Assembly: GCA_963821525.1 (NCBI GenBank)
Contig: CAWGED010000004.1
Location: 64,001 to 128,000, forward strand
Length of the DNA stretch: 64,000 nucleotides
Source: an uncultured Gemmatimonadales bacterium
GTDB taxonomy: Bacteria; Gemmatimonadota; Gemmatimonadetes; Gemmatimonadales; GWC2-71-9
Direction: 5' to 3'
Shown: piece by piece, positions 1 through 10,800 of the stretch
Position numbering within the stretch: the first letter of the stretch is position 1
How the letters are laid out: each line of letters opens with the position of its first letter
Position numbers and translations under genes: made by a program
The notes under the pieces: model-generated
The model's database searches: none
Seen by the model: the letters and a program-made list of their open reading frames with translations, nothing else
What the model was told of the DNA's origin: nothing

Positions 1-1420
1 CGATCCGCCCATCGGGATCGAGCCGGGCGATGCCACCTCCCTGGTTCGTGGTGAACCAGAAGGACCCCTTCGAGTCCCAGTCCCCGAAGGTTGCCCGGAC
101 CTCCCGGGGAAGGGGAACCGCGTTTCCTCCGCCGGTGGGCACTCGAACGGCGTGATCGCCGGCGGCGGCGAATCCCGCGTCCCAACCGATGACCCAGCGA
201 CCGTCCGGGGAGATCTGCGGATTCAGCAGGAACTGGCTGCCTTCGATTTCGCTGGGAGCTGTGGCATCGACCCGCTGGAAGGCGAGGGCATTGCTTCCCT
301 TGCGGTTCTGGATCACGTAGACAACCGCCTCGCCATCTCGGGTGACCGCGAGCTGTCGGAACAACGATGCGACACCGGTCCCTCCCAGGTTCGGCACCAG
401 GATCGCGAGTCGAGAAGGCGGCAACGCCGTCTCCCGCCGGCCAATCCTCCGGCCAGCCACGAAGGTTGCCGCCACCAGGGCGAGCAGGAGAATCGCAGCC
501 GAAGCTGCATAAAGGCGGGAACGCCGGAGGGACCGGCTCGATGGCATCGCGCCGGGGACACTTTCCTCGCTCGCCAGCCTGCCCGCCGGCGCGCCGGTGA
601 TCGCCTGGGCAAACTCCGCCGCACTCCCGAAGCGGTCGGCGGGCAGCTTCTCCAGCGCGGTAAGCACCGCGTCTTCTACCTGCTGGGGAACCCGCTCGCG
701 AAGCCGGCGGATCGAGGCCGGCTTCTCGGTCATCACCTTGGCCACGATGGCCTGCGCGGTGGAACCGGTAAACGGCGGGTCGCCGGTCAGCATCTCGTAG
801 GTCACACAGCCCAGCGCATAGACATCGGAGCGGGCCGTGATCTCCCGCTCCCCCATCGACTGTTCGGGCGACATGTAGTGGGGGGTACCCAGGCTCAGTC
901 CCGTCTCGGTCATCCGGGTTCCGCCCGCGCTACTCACCGCCAGCGCGATCCCGAAGTCGGCCACCAGGGCGGTGCCATCGTGCAGCAGGATGTTCTCGGG
1001 CTTGATGTCGCGGTGGATGACGCCGTGCCGGTGGGCGTAGTCCAAGGCACTCGCAACCTCGGTTGCGATCCTGGTAGCCTCGGGAATCGGGAGCTGCTTC
1101 TCCCGCGTCAGCCGGTCCCGAAGGGACTCGCCCTCGACGAAAGGCATGACATAGTACGCCGAGCCCTGCACCTCACCGGAGTCGATAAGCCCGAGGATGT
1201 GGGGATGCTGCAGGACGGCGATGGTCTTGATCTCACGGAGAAAACGCTCGGTGCCGATCATCGCGGCGAGTTCGGACCGCAGAACCTTGATGGCGACTCT
1301 GCGGCCGTGTTTGAGGTCCTCGGCCAGATAGACCGTCGCCATTCCGCCTTGACCCAGCTCGCGCTCCAGCCGGTACCGGCTGCCGAGAGCCTCACTCAGC
1401 GATAACACGCCCTCCTTCAT
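1..1420 (-). CDS. Hanks-type Ser/Thr protein kinase with TM segment and C-terminal TolB/PD40-like propeller (runs off window start)
   Basis: My translation of the minus strand from ATG 1420: MKEGVLSLSEALGSRYRLERELGQGGMATVY...VAIKVL...HRDIKPENILL...VADFGIA...GTPHYMSPEQ, then a hydrophobic TM segment and PQISPDGRW. Not in the ORF track because no stop lies within the window. Confidence 0.93.
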   Translation of the reverse strand, partial: MKEGVLSLSEALGSRYRLERELGQGGMATVYLAEDLKHGRRVAIKVLRSELAAMIGTERFLREIKTIAVLQHPHILGLIDSGEVQGSAYYVMPFVEGESLRDRLTREKQLPIPEATRIATEVASALDYAHRHGVIHRDIKPENILLHDGTALVADFGIALAVSSAGGTRMTETGLSLGTPHYMSPEQSMGEREITARSDVYALGCVTYEMLTGDPPFTGSTAQAIVAKVMTEKPASIRRLRERVPQQVEDAVLTALEKLPADRFGSAAEFAQAITGAPAGRLASEESVPGAMPSSRSLRRSRLYAASAAILLLALVAATFVAGRRIGRRETALPPSRLAILVPNLGGTGVASLFRQLAVTRDGEAVVYVIQNRKGSNALAFQRVDATAPSEIEGSQFLLNPQISPDGRWVIGWDAGFAAAGDHAVRVPTGGGNAVPLPREVRATFGDWDSKGSFWFTTNQGGGIARLDPDGRI

Positions 1421-1757
1421 CGGGTTCTCCGAGTTCGGCGGGTGCTGGAATTGAAACTGGGGTGGCCCACTGCCAGTCGCCCGCAGGCGCAGCGGCAGTC
1501 GGCTTTGTCCCTTAACAATCCCCGGATTGCGCCTCGGGCGCCAGCCTGCCACCCCGCCTCGCCGAACGGTGTTTCCACCTGCATATTGGGCCGGGTTGGG
1601 CGATGACCTCGACGGACGGACCCGCAGGTTAGTTCCCCGATAGCTACACATTCTCAAGATCCGCATCCCGGGCCATGCCGCACGTCGAATCCCCGTCCAG
1701 CCGAAGGCCGCCTCGCTTCTTGTCGGGGATTGTCCCGCGAATTCGTTAGCTCCATCA

Positions 1758-4700
1758 ATGAATCTCGCCGCCGGTAATTGCCGATTTTTCGTCCTGCGCA
1801 CTCCGCTGCTCCCGGTCGAAACCCTACTCGACTGGAGCAGTGGGCTCAGCGCGCGGCTGAGCTACGACCGGGGTGAGTCCCTGGCGGCCGCACTCGCCAC
1901 CGATCGGGCCCTCCTCCGCAGTCGTCTCGCCAAACTCCTGGAACATCCCGAGATCCGGGAGGCGATCTTCGTTGCCTCGCCCAGTCTGGATGAAGCGCTC
2001 GAGCACTGGTTCCGGAACCCGGATAGTGAAAAGGGCCAGAGGGTCGAGTGGGGCCTGGTCCGCTACCTGTGCCGCATGGCCAGTCGGCCGACGCCATTTG
2101 GCCTCTTCGCGGGAATCTCACTTGGCCGGGTCGCGAAGCAGACCTGCCTGAAGATTGGAGGCCGCGAAGCGAACGAGCGGCACACCAGGCTCGACAACGA
2201 CTACTTGTTCGCACTGGTTCAGGCGTTGGCGAGCGATTCAACGCTCCGCGACGCCCTTCGATACCGTCCCAACGACAGCCTCTCTCCGGGCGCGGGGCGC
2301 TTCCGCTACGTCGAGGCCCGGGTCGATGGCACCCTGCGGACCTATCACCTCGTCAGCGCGGACGACACTCCAGAGCTCCGCTCGACCATCGCCAGGGCGG
2401 AGGACGGTGCCACTCGCGCCGAGCTGAGCGAAGCCCTGGTTGCTCACGATGTTGATCGCCTGGAAGCCGATAAGTACGTAGACGAGCTGATTTCGGCTCA
2501 ACTCCTCGTGCCGGACCTGGAGCTGCCTGTCACCGGTCCTGAACCGCTCCCCACCCTGATCCGGGAGCTGGAGGCGCACCCTTCGCAGGAGGCCACTCTT
2601 CAGACTCTCCGGTCAGTCGATGCGACGCTAGCAGAATTCGATCGATCCGGTGGAACTGCCCCCACCCGGTACCGTGAACTGGCCAGGTCGCTGGAGCCGC
2701 TTCCCGCAAAGGCCGAGCTGGCGACTCTTTTTCAGGTGGATCTGGTCAAGCGGGCGCCAGAGCTGACGATCGGAGACTCGGTAGTCCGGGAGATCGACCG
2801 GGCCATCGAGATCCTGCATCGCCTGGGAGGCCTTCGCGGCAGCGACCCTCTGGCCCGATTCCGGGAGGCTTTTCTCGAGCGGTACGAAGAGCGCGAGGTC
2901 CCGCTACTCGAAGCCCTGGACGACGAGGTCGGGCTGGGCGGCCTGATCGCCACCGGAGGTGATCCATCTCCACTGCTCCGGGGAATCGGCTTTCCCGAAT
3001 CGCCGGAGACGGACCACACCTGGGGAAACCGCGAACACCATCAACTGCTGCTCCTTGGAACCGCGTTGCAGGATGGCCGGGAAGAGATCCTGCTCGAGGC
3101 AAAGGACCTCGAACGGTTGGAGATCCCCGGCAAACACCCCCTGCCCCAATCTCTGGAACTGATGGCAAGCATCCTCGCCAAATCGGCCGCGGCGATCGAC
3201 CGTGGCGAATTCCGGCTGTGGGTCGACAGCACCAGCGGCCCTCCGGGAGCGCGCTATCTGGGCAGGTTCTGCCACGGAGATGATGCCCTCGCGAGGGAAG
3301 TGGACGCGTTGCTTCGCGCCGAAGAGCAACAGCATCCGGACGACCTGTATGCCGAGATCGTGCATCTTCCCGAAGGCCGGATGGGAAACATCCTCCTGCG
3401 GCCCCAGCTGCGGAGCCATGAGATCACCTATCTGGGACGGTCGGGAGCGCCCAGAGAGCAGCAAATCCCTGCCAGCGATCTGCTGCTCTCCCACAAGCAC
3501 CGGCAATTCGTTCTGCGCTCCGCCCGGTTGGGCCGGCGGATAATCCCTCGCCTTACTACAGCTCACGCCTACAACCGTGGCCTCGGCGTCTATCGATTCC
3601 TCTGCCTTCTGCAGTTCGAACATGTGGCCGACACACTGGCGTGGGGCTGGGGACCCCTGGCCAGCGCCCCGTTTCTACCGCGGGTGCGATCCGGTCGTCT
3701 CATACTTTGCCCCCGACGCTGGAACCTTTCTCAGAACGAGTGCAACCGGCTTGGCACGCTGACCGGGGAGGAACAGTTCCGGGCGGTCCAGGAATGGCGC
3801 ACCCAAAGGCGCCTGCCCCGGTGGATCGTCCTCGCCGATTACGACAATCGTCTCGCGGTAGACCTGGAAAACGTGCTCTCGGTGGAGGCCTTTACCCATG
3901 CCTTGAAGAAGCGGGACTCGGCAATGCTCGAGGAGACCTTGCTGGCTTCGGAGGACGAGCCGGTCGAAGGTCCCGATGGTCATTATGCCCATGAGATTGT
4001 CGTGCCCATCGCGCGGCCGGTAACGAGCGCGGTCAGGGTTCCCGAAGCGCGGAGACCGGCGACCGCTCCGCAGGTACAGCGCTCGTTTTCACCCGGCTCG
4101 GCATGGCTCTCCATAAAGCTCTACTGCGGCGAGTCCATCGCCGACGAGATCCTCACCGAGGTCATCGGGCCCCTCACCCATCAATTGCTGGAAGACGGCG
4201 CCGCCAAGGGCTGGTTCTTCATCCGCTATGGCGACCCGGCCCTCCATCTGCGCTGGCGTCTCGCGGGTGATCCAGCAGCCCTGTCCGCCACAGCCCGGCC
4301 CGCTGTCGAGGCGGCGGCGGCGCGCCTGCTCGACGAGGGGAAAATCTGGCGGGTGCAACTCGACACCTACCAGCGCGAAATCGAGCGATACGGCGGCCCC
4401 GAAGCGATTCTGCTGGCGGAGCGGCTCTTTCAGGCCGATAGCGACGCGGTCTTTCGGATCATGGAGCTGGTGGATCCTGGGGACGCTGGGCTGGATGAGA
4501 GATGGCGTCTTGCCGTGCGCGGAATGGACCAGCTCCTGGCCGATCTTGGCTTCGATCATCCCGGTCGGAGCGAGTACGCCAAGCGGTGGGTTGAGGAAGC
4601 ATTTGAAAACCCCGAAAGCAGCGCGGGATTGCGGCCCCAGCTCAGCGATCGCTTTCGGAAGGAGCGCGCGCGACTCGAATCGCTGCTCGATCGGACCCGG

Positions 4701-4982
4701 GACCCCGACAGCGATCTGGGTCCTGGACTCGCGATTCTCCATCAGCGCTCAGAAAGCCTCGCCCCAATAGGGGCGGAACTCCGGAGGCTGGAGCAGGAGG
4801 GGCGTCTCCGGGTGCCGGTGGATGAACTGGCCCAAAGCTTCGTTCACATGCACGTCAATCGGCTGCTTCGGTCCGCCCAGCGCCAGCATGAAGTGGTCCT
4901 TCACGATTTCCTGCATCGGCTTTACCAAGCCCAAGCCGCGCGGGCGGCCGCAAAACGGCCAGCGCCGGAGCCGGCGCAATGA
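1758..4982 (+). CDS. lanB: Class I lanthipeptide dehydratase (full-length: glutamylation + elimination domains)
   Basis: 1074 aa. Motifs FVLRTPLLP, SRPTPFGLFAG, FLPRVRSG, WLSIKLYCG, WFFIRYGDP-HLRWR, YQREIERYGG, HMHVNRL. Confidence 0.95.
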   Translation: MNLAAGNCRFFVLRTPLLPVETLLDWSSGLSARLSYDRGESLAAALATDRALLRSRLAKLLEHPEIREAIFVASPSLDEALEHWFRNPDSEKGQRVEWGLVRYLCRMASRPTPFGLFAGISLGRVAKQTCLKIGGREANERHTRLDNDYLFALVQALASDSTLRDALRYRPNDSLSPGAGRFRYVEARVDGTLRTYHLVSADDTPELRSTIARAEDGATRAELSEALVAHDVDRLEADKYVDELISAQLLVPDLELPVTGPEPLPTLIRELEAHPSQEATLQTLRSVDATLAEFDRSGGTAPTRYRELARSLEPLPAKAELATLFQVDLVKRAPELTIGDSVVREIDRAIEILHRLGGLRGSDPLARFREAFLERYEEREVPLLEALDDEVGLGGLIATGGDPSPLLRGIGFPESPETDHTWGNREHHQLLLLGTALQDGREEILLEAKDLERLEIPGKHPLPQSLELMASILAKSAAAIDRGEFRLWVDSTSGPPGARYLGRFCHGDDALAREVDALLRAEEQQHPDDLYAEIVHLPEGRMGNILLRPQLRSHEITYLGRSGAPREQQIPASDLLLSHKHRQFVLRSARLGRRIIPRLTTAHAYNRGLGVYRFLCLLQFEHVADTLAWGWGPLASAPFLPRVRSGRLILCPRRWNLSQNECNRLGTLTGEEQFRAVQEWRTQRRLPRWIVLADYDNRLAVDLENVLSVEAFTHALKKRDSAMLEETLLASEDEPVEGPDGHYAHEIVVPIARPVTSAVRVPEARRPATAPQVQRSFSPGSAWLSIKLYCGESIADEILTEVIGPLTHQLLEDGAAKGWFFIRYGDPALHLRWRLAGDPAALSATARPAVEAAAARLLDEGKIWRVQLDTYQREIERYGGPEAILLAERLFQADSDAVFRIMELVDPGDAGLDERWRLAVRGMDQLLADLGFDHPGRSEYAKRWVEEAFENPESSAGLRPQLSDRFRKERARLESLLDRTRDPDSDLGPGLAILHQRSESLAPIGAELRRLEQEGRLRVPVDELAQSFVHMHVNRLLRSAQRQHEVVLHDFLHRLYQAQAARAAAKRPAPEPAQ

Positions 4983-6310
4983 ACGCGGCGGGTGAATGGC
5001 AACCGCTCCTCGATGGTTCGCTTCGGGGCCAGGCGCTCGAGACAATCGGCGACATCGCGGAAGCTCTTAGACATCCGCCAGAGCCCACGCCAGCCGAGGG
5101 CAACACCAGCGAAACGACTCAGGCCCTCAAGCTTGGGCTCATGACCGGCCGGGCCGGATTGGCTGTGTTCTTTGCCTATCTGGCGGAAGCCGGCCTGCAC
5201 AAAGATGCGGAAGGGCTCGCCTGGGATTTTCTCGAGGAGTCCGAAGCCGGCCTGACGGAACACTGGATGGGCGCGTCACTGTGCGAGGGATTCACCGGTA
5301 TCGCCTGGGCTCACGCTCATCTGCACCAGGCACTGTCGCACGCGCGGGATCGCGGTGAGCTCAAGGAGCTCGATGAAGCGCTTCTCGCCTTGCTGCGCGA
5401 CTGGCCCAGCCCGGATCAGTACGAGCTCTTGTATGGGATGGTGGGCATCGGTGTGTATGCGCTCGAGAGGCTTCCCCGCCCTCGGGCTCGGACGATGCTG
5501 CGACTCATCGTCGAGCGGTTGGAAGAATCGGCCCAACCCATGAAGGACGGCATCGCGTGGAGCTCGCCAGAGAACCCAGCTGGCCCGAGCGGCGAATACA
5601 ACCTTGGCATGGCGCACGGGATTCCGGGCGTGATCGCGTTTCTGGCCCGCACGGCGGCTGCGCCGCTACAGCGCAGGAAGGCTCTCTCCCTCCTCGGGGG
5701 CGCAGTCAGCTGGCTCCGCGGCCAGCGTCTCACTCCTGAGGAGGGTGGTGGGTTTCCCGCCTCCATCACGCCCGGGGAGCTCCCCACTCCTACCCGACTC
5801 GCCTGGTGTTACGGCGACCCCGGCGTCACAACTGCGCTGCTGCCCGCAGCCAGGATGTTGGAGCTCCCCGAGCTTGAAAAGGAGGCGGTCCAGGTCGCAA
5901 TCAGCGCGGGCAAGCGCACGACAGAAGAGAGCGGGGTGGTGGATGCCGGGCTGTGTCACGGTGCCGCCGGCGTCGGACACCTCTACCACCGCCTCTACCG
6001 GGCCACCGGCGACTTGCGACTGAGAGCGATCGCTCGCCGATGGTTTGCTCATACTCTCGAACTCCGCCGGCCGGGGACGGGGGTCGCCGGGTTTGCCCCG
6101 GCAGACTCGCCGGAGAATCAGAAAGTGAACGCCGGAGAACGAATCGACGCCGGCGTCCTCTCGGGGACTGCAGGAATAGGGTTAGCCCTTCTTGCGGCCA
6201 CTACGCCGGTGCCGCCACTCTGGGACCGCCTGCTCCTGGCGGATCTCCCTTCGATGGCGGTGCGCGCGGGACGGAATCACTTGGCGGCTTTAGCGCCGGG
6301 ACGGCGATAG
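4979..6310 (+). CDS. lanC: Lanthionine cyclase
   Basis: GMAHGIPG, WCYGDPG and LCHGAAG Zn-ligand motifs; ATGA overlap with the lanB stop. Confidence 0.95.
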   Translation: MNAAGEWQPLLDGSLRGQALETIGDIAEALRHPPEPTPAEGNTSETTQALKLGLMTGRAGLAVFFAYLAEAGLHKDAEGLAWDFLEESEAGLTEHWMGASLCEGFTGIAWAHAHLHQALSHARDRGELKELDEALLALLRDWPSPDQYELLYGMVGIGVYALERLPRPRARTMLRLIVERLEESAQPMKDGIAWSSPENPAGPSGEYNLGMAHGIPGVIAFLARTAAAPLQRRKALSLLGGAVSWLRGQRLTPEEGGGFPASITPGELPTPTRLAWCYGDPGVTTALLPAARMLELPELEKEAVQVAISAGKRTTEESGVVDAGLCHGAAGVGHLYHRLYRATGDLRLRAIARRWFAHTLELRRPGTGVAGFAPADSPENQKVNAGERIDAGVLSGTAGIGLALLAATTPVPPLWDRLLLADLPSMAVRAGRNHLAALAPGRR

Positions 6311-6375
6311 ATGAGTACAGGCAGTGCTGCCGGCCTGGGCGCCCAGCCGAAACTCGAACCCAACTGGAGGAACCG

Positions 6376-6555
6376 ATGACCAGGAAGACCACGAAGGGCT
6401 CCAAGGCCCCCCCCCGGAAGTCCAAGCGGCTCAGTCTCAGCAAGAAGACCCTCAAGGACCTGAACGTTTCCGGCACCGGTCCCCAAGGTGGGATGGGGAT
6501 AAAGGTCCCGCTGAGCCATTGTACCACTTGTCCCGCCAGCTGTCGCAAGGGCTGA
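6376..6555 (+). CDS. lanA: Lanthipeptide precursor (59 aa), double-glycine leader
   Basis: GGAGG RBS. MTRKTTKGSKAPPRKSKRLSLSKKTLKDLNVSGTGPQGG|MGIKVPLSHCTTCPASCRKG. Leader has LxLxKx5L; core has 2 Ser, 2 Thr and 3 Cys. Confidence 0.9.
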   Translation: MTRKTTKGSKAPPRKSKRLSLSKKTLKDLNVSGTGPQGGMGIKVPLSHCTTCPASCRKG

Positions 6556-6564
6556 GGCTGTCAG

Positions 6565-6653
6565 GGAGGCGGTCCTAGTCGCAATCGCCGCGGGTGAGCG
6601 CACCACGAGGAGAGCGGCGTGGTGGATGCCGGGCTCTGTCACGGTGCCGGCGG
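6565..6653 (+). pseudogene. Degenerate duplicate fragment of lanC (CHG motif region)
   Basis: Aligns by eye to 5881-5970 (EAVxVAIxAGxRTT-EESGVVDAGLCHGA) with substitutions and a 1-nt deletion; no start codon. Confidence 0.85.
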
Positions 6654-6817
6654 GGCGACTCTCCGGGGGATGACGGCCAATCTGGCCGCCGTTGGAGCGG
6701 CTGTAGAGCTGGAGCAACAGTAGGAGTGGCCGTCTTCCGGACTCCACTTGCGGCCAGCGGTCCAGACCGCATACTACGTGAGCGGGCTCACCTTTTTCAA
6801 AGCTTGGCGCCACCACG

Positions 6818-7854
6818 ATGCAGGCTCTCTACGGGCGCCCGGTCTTCGTGGTCGAGGGCGACACGTTCTTCTGGGAAGACGTGGTGCTCGACGCGATCCG
6901 GCGCGGTAAATGGGCACAGCTGGAGCAGGAGGTTCGTGAAGGATTCGCCGCCTTGGAGGAGTTCGACTCCGCCGAGGACGACGAATTCGATGTGGCGGTA
7001 GACGAGGCTGCGCAGGAGTTCCGCTACGGTCGCGAGCTGGTCACCGCTCACGAGATGGAGGAGTGGCTCGCTGCGCGCGAGGTTAGTATTCGAGAGTGGA
7101 TGGACCACATCCGCCGTTCCGTTGCGCGGGCTCGCACCACCGAGGGATTGGCCGCCCTCGTAACACGCCATCCGATGGACCCGGATCAACTCGCCGAAGC
7201 GCTCCGGGTGGATCTCATTTGTTCCGGAGCAGGAGAGGAGCTCGCTGTCGCAGCTCGCACGACGCGCGGCCGCTGCAGCTGCCGCTGCGAGTTCAGCCAC
7301 ATCTGAATTGCCGTCTGAAGGCGGGCCGGTACCGACCAGTACTCCCTCCCGGACTCTCAGTCGAGCTGGCCCAGGAGCGGATCCACCTGCTGGCCCGGAT
7401 TGAAGAAGGCGCGGAGCAGTTCCGGAGAAGCTCGATCACGCCCGAGGCCATCCGGCGCGAGATCGGGCATCACCACACCGAATGGATCAGGATCGACTGC
7501 CGGGCTATCGCCTTCGATGATGAGGCTGGAGCCCGGGAAGGAGCCTTGTGTCTGAGGGAAGACGGGCTCCCGCTCGATGAGGTCGCCGCCGCGGCTCACG
7601 CGACAGTGTCCGAATCGCGCTTCTATCTCGACGATCTCGACCCCGAAGTCCGCCCGATGTTTCTGGCGGCGCGGCCGGTCGACCTGCTGGGACCCATCCT
7701 CTTCGAAGGAGCCCATACGCTGTTCCGCGTGACGGACAAGGTGATGCCCTCCGAGCAGGACCCGGAAATTCTGCGGCGGGCCGAAACGGGCGTTGAGGGG
7801 CGCCTCGTGGCCGCTCAGGCCCAGCAGCGAGTGAAGTGGCAGTTGGCCTGGTGA
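6818..7854 (+). CDS. SurA/PpiC (parvulin)-like peptide maturation/export accessory protein, frameshifted near 7260-7300
   Basis: Two overlapping ORFs (6818-7306 and 7096-7854) join into a SurA-N-like helical part (FRYGRELVTAHEMEEWL) and a PpiC-like part (AREGALCLREDGLPLDEVA...LLGPI). Lies directly upstream of the exporter. Confidence 0.65.
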
Positions 7855-7859
7855 CCGGA

Positions 7860-10800
7860 ATGGATACCGATTCCCTCGACGCGGTACTCCAGAGTCTCCC
7901 GGTGCTCGGCGGTCTTCCGCACGATGTGCGGGAAATCGTGGTCGCCAGTTTCGTCCCTGCCAGCTACACCTTTGGCCAGGCCATCGTCCAAGAAGGCGAT
8001 GCATCTGACGCGCTGTACGTACTGGTCTCCGGCCGGGTGCGGATGGTCAAGCGGGGAGAGAACGGAGACGAGATCTCCCTCGGCGCGCTCCGGCCCGGGG
8101 AGACCTTCGGCGAAGGCGGCTTCAGCGACCACACGGTCCATCCTGCCACCGTGCGAGCCAGCGGGGACGTGGAGGTGGTCCGCCTCGATCGATCGGTCTT
8201 CGACGCGCTCCTCCGGCGGCGGCCCGAGGTGCGCCAGTTTTTCGAGCTTCAGTCCCGCCTCCGCAACCTGCAGTTCTTCTTCCGGCAATTCACCGTCTTC
8301 GCGAAACTCCCGCCCGAAGCTCTGAACGACCTGCTCGCCAACCTGGAACCGATCGAGTATCGCAAGGGCGACGTGGTCATCCGCGAGGGGGATCCTCCCG
8401 GCCCGATGTACATCATCGAAGAGGGTCGCTGCCGGATCCACGTCGGAGTGGACGGCCGGCGCCGCAACGTCGCGTTCCTGAGGCGAGGGGAGTTCTTCGG
8501 CGAGTTGTCGGTGATCCGCGATGTGCCGCGGGATTCAACCGTCGAGGCGGTGACCCAGTGCCGCCTGCTGCGGCTCACCCGGGAGACATACCAGGAGCTC
8601 CTGGAGCAGCACCAGGCCTTCCGGGACGAGATCGAAGGGCGTGTCGCGCAGTACGATTTCATGCATACGGCGCAGATCCCGATCGACATGTTCCGGGAGA
8701 TGCTGCCAGCCGATGCGTCGGTGCTCAGCAAGGTGGGAGACGACCAGGTCGACCAGGACCTGACGCGCATGTGGGCGATCCCGCCTCGTCCCGAGCCCGC
8801 CCAGGCTGGAGCGGAACCCGCCCCCGCCCCCGAGCCGGAGGTAGCCCCCTTCGCCGACGATGAAGGGCGCTTCGTCAAGCGAAAGAAACGGATCCGCAAG
8901 TTCCCCCACGTCTTGCAGATCGACGAGATGGATTGTGGGGCGGCGAGCCTGGCGATCGTATGCCGGCACTACGGCAAGGCAGTGAGTCTCGCGCGGATTC
9001 GTCAGCTCAGCCACACCAGCCTCGATGGGACCAGTCTCCGGGCGATCTGCCAGTCCGCGACTGAACTGGGACTCGCTGCCCGGGCGGTGAAGGCCTCAGT
9101 CACCAACCTGGCCCAGATGCCGCTCCCCGCCATCGTGCATTGGGACGGTAATCACTGGGTGGTGCTGTACGATGTGGATGAGACCCACGTCAGGGTTTCC
9201 GACCCGTCCAGTGGCCGGCGCCGGCTCACTCGAGCGGACTTCGAGGCAAAATGGAGCGGCTACGCGGCACTGTTCGATTACACCACCGAGTTCGAGAAGA
9301 ACAAGGAGACCAAACTCGGGATCGCCTGGCTGCTCCCCTTTTTCAAGCCACACCGGGCCCTGCTCCTCCAAGCCGTCGGCCTGGCGCTCATCGTGAGTCT
9401 GCTCCAGATGGTCATCCCGGTCTTTACCCAGGTCATTGTGGACCGGGTCCTGGTCGAGCGCGATCTCAACCTGCTCAACATCCTGATCGCAGGAATGGGC
9501 GGGGTGATCGTCTTCACCCTGCTGGCCACGGTCATCCAGCGCTACCTCCTCAGCTTTGCCGCAGTCCGGGTCGACTCGGCAACGCTCGACTTCCTCACCC
9601 GGAGGCTGCTGAGCCTCCCGATGAACTACTTCAATACCCGGCGCACCGGGGACATCCAGCGCCGGCTACAGGGGATCTGGCTGGTCCGCGAGTTTCTGGT
9701 AGAGCACGGCGTAGCAGGGCTCACCGCCACCGCTCAGCTGTTGGCCTCGGTCGGCTTGATGCTGGTGTACAGCCCGCTGCTGACGCTGGTCTTCCTGTCC
9801 ACGGTGCCGCTGTTCGTCCTGCTGATGCGCTACTCCTCGAGCTGGCTTTTCCCGCTCTACTCCGAGCTGGAGGAATCGCACGGGAAGTACCAGTCCTTCC
9901 AGATCGATGCCATCAAGGGCATCGAGACGGTGAAATCCCTGGGCGCCGAGTCTGCCTTCCGGGACCTGATGCTGGCCCAATTCAACGGCGTCGCCCGCAA
10001 GCGATTCAAGGCGGATTTCACCCTGATGACCTACAACGGTTCCATCTACACGGTGACGCTGCTGTCCGTGGTGCTGTTCCTCATGGTGGGTGCCTACCAG
10101 GTGATGAACGGGCGGCTGTCGATCGGCGGGCTGGTGGCGTTCAACTCTCTGGTGGCGCTGGCCAATGCCCCGCTTCTCACCTTGCTCACCCTGTGGGACA
10201 ATCTTCAGCAGGCCACGGTCTACCTGAACCGGCTGGACGACATCTTCCAGCAGGAGCCGGAGCAGGGCGAGGATCGCTCGCGCCTCCTGCCGGTGAAGTC
10301 TCTCGAGGGGAGGATCAGTCTCCGCCACTTGGGCTTCCGCTATGGTGGTCCCGAGTCTCCCCCGATTCTGGATGACATCACCTTCGACGTTCCACCCAAC
10401 ACCATGGTGGCGATCGTCGGCCGCAGCGGATGTGGGAAGACCACCCTGATCAAATGTCTGGCCGGGCTGCTGGAGCCGACTGAGGGGACCATCCTCTACG
10501 ACGGGGTGGACCTCAAGTCCCTCAACTACCGGGATCTCCGGCGGAAGATCGGGTTCGTGCTGCAGGAGAATCACCTGTTCGACGACAGCATCGCCCGTAA
10601 CATCGGCTTTGGCGAGGAGGAGCCCGACTTCGACGACGTCATGTGGGCGGCCCAGACCGCTAACGCGCGGGAGTTTATCGAGCGGCTCCCGATGGGGTAT
10701 GACACCCGGATCGGGGAGTCGGGCATTGGCCTTTCGGGCGGGCAGAAGCAGCGCATCGCGATTGCGCGGGCCATCTACACCCGGCCTCCGGTCCTCATCT

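Noticed and set aside
152..1405. 417 aa plus-strand ORF
   Set aside because: Antisense shadow of the minus-strand kinase, which has all Hanks motifs.
1715..1750. CTTGTCG-GGGA/TCCC upstream of lanB, resembling the leader RNA motif
   Set aside because: Lacks the downstream AGTCGAAGGC and terminator stem; probably chance.
5953..6555. 200 aa ORF in the track
   Set aside because: Only the last 59 codons (ATG 6376 with RBS) are credible; the rest overlaps lanC.
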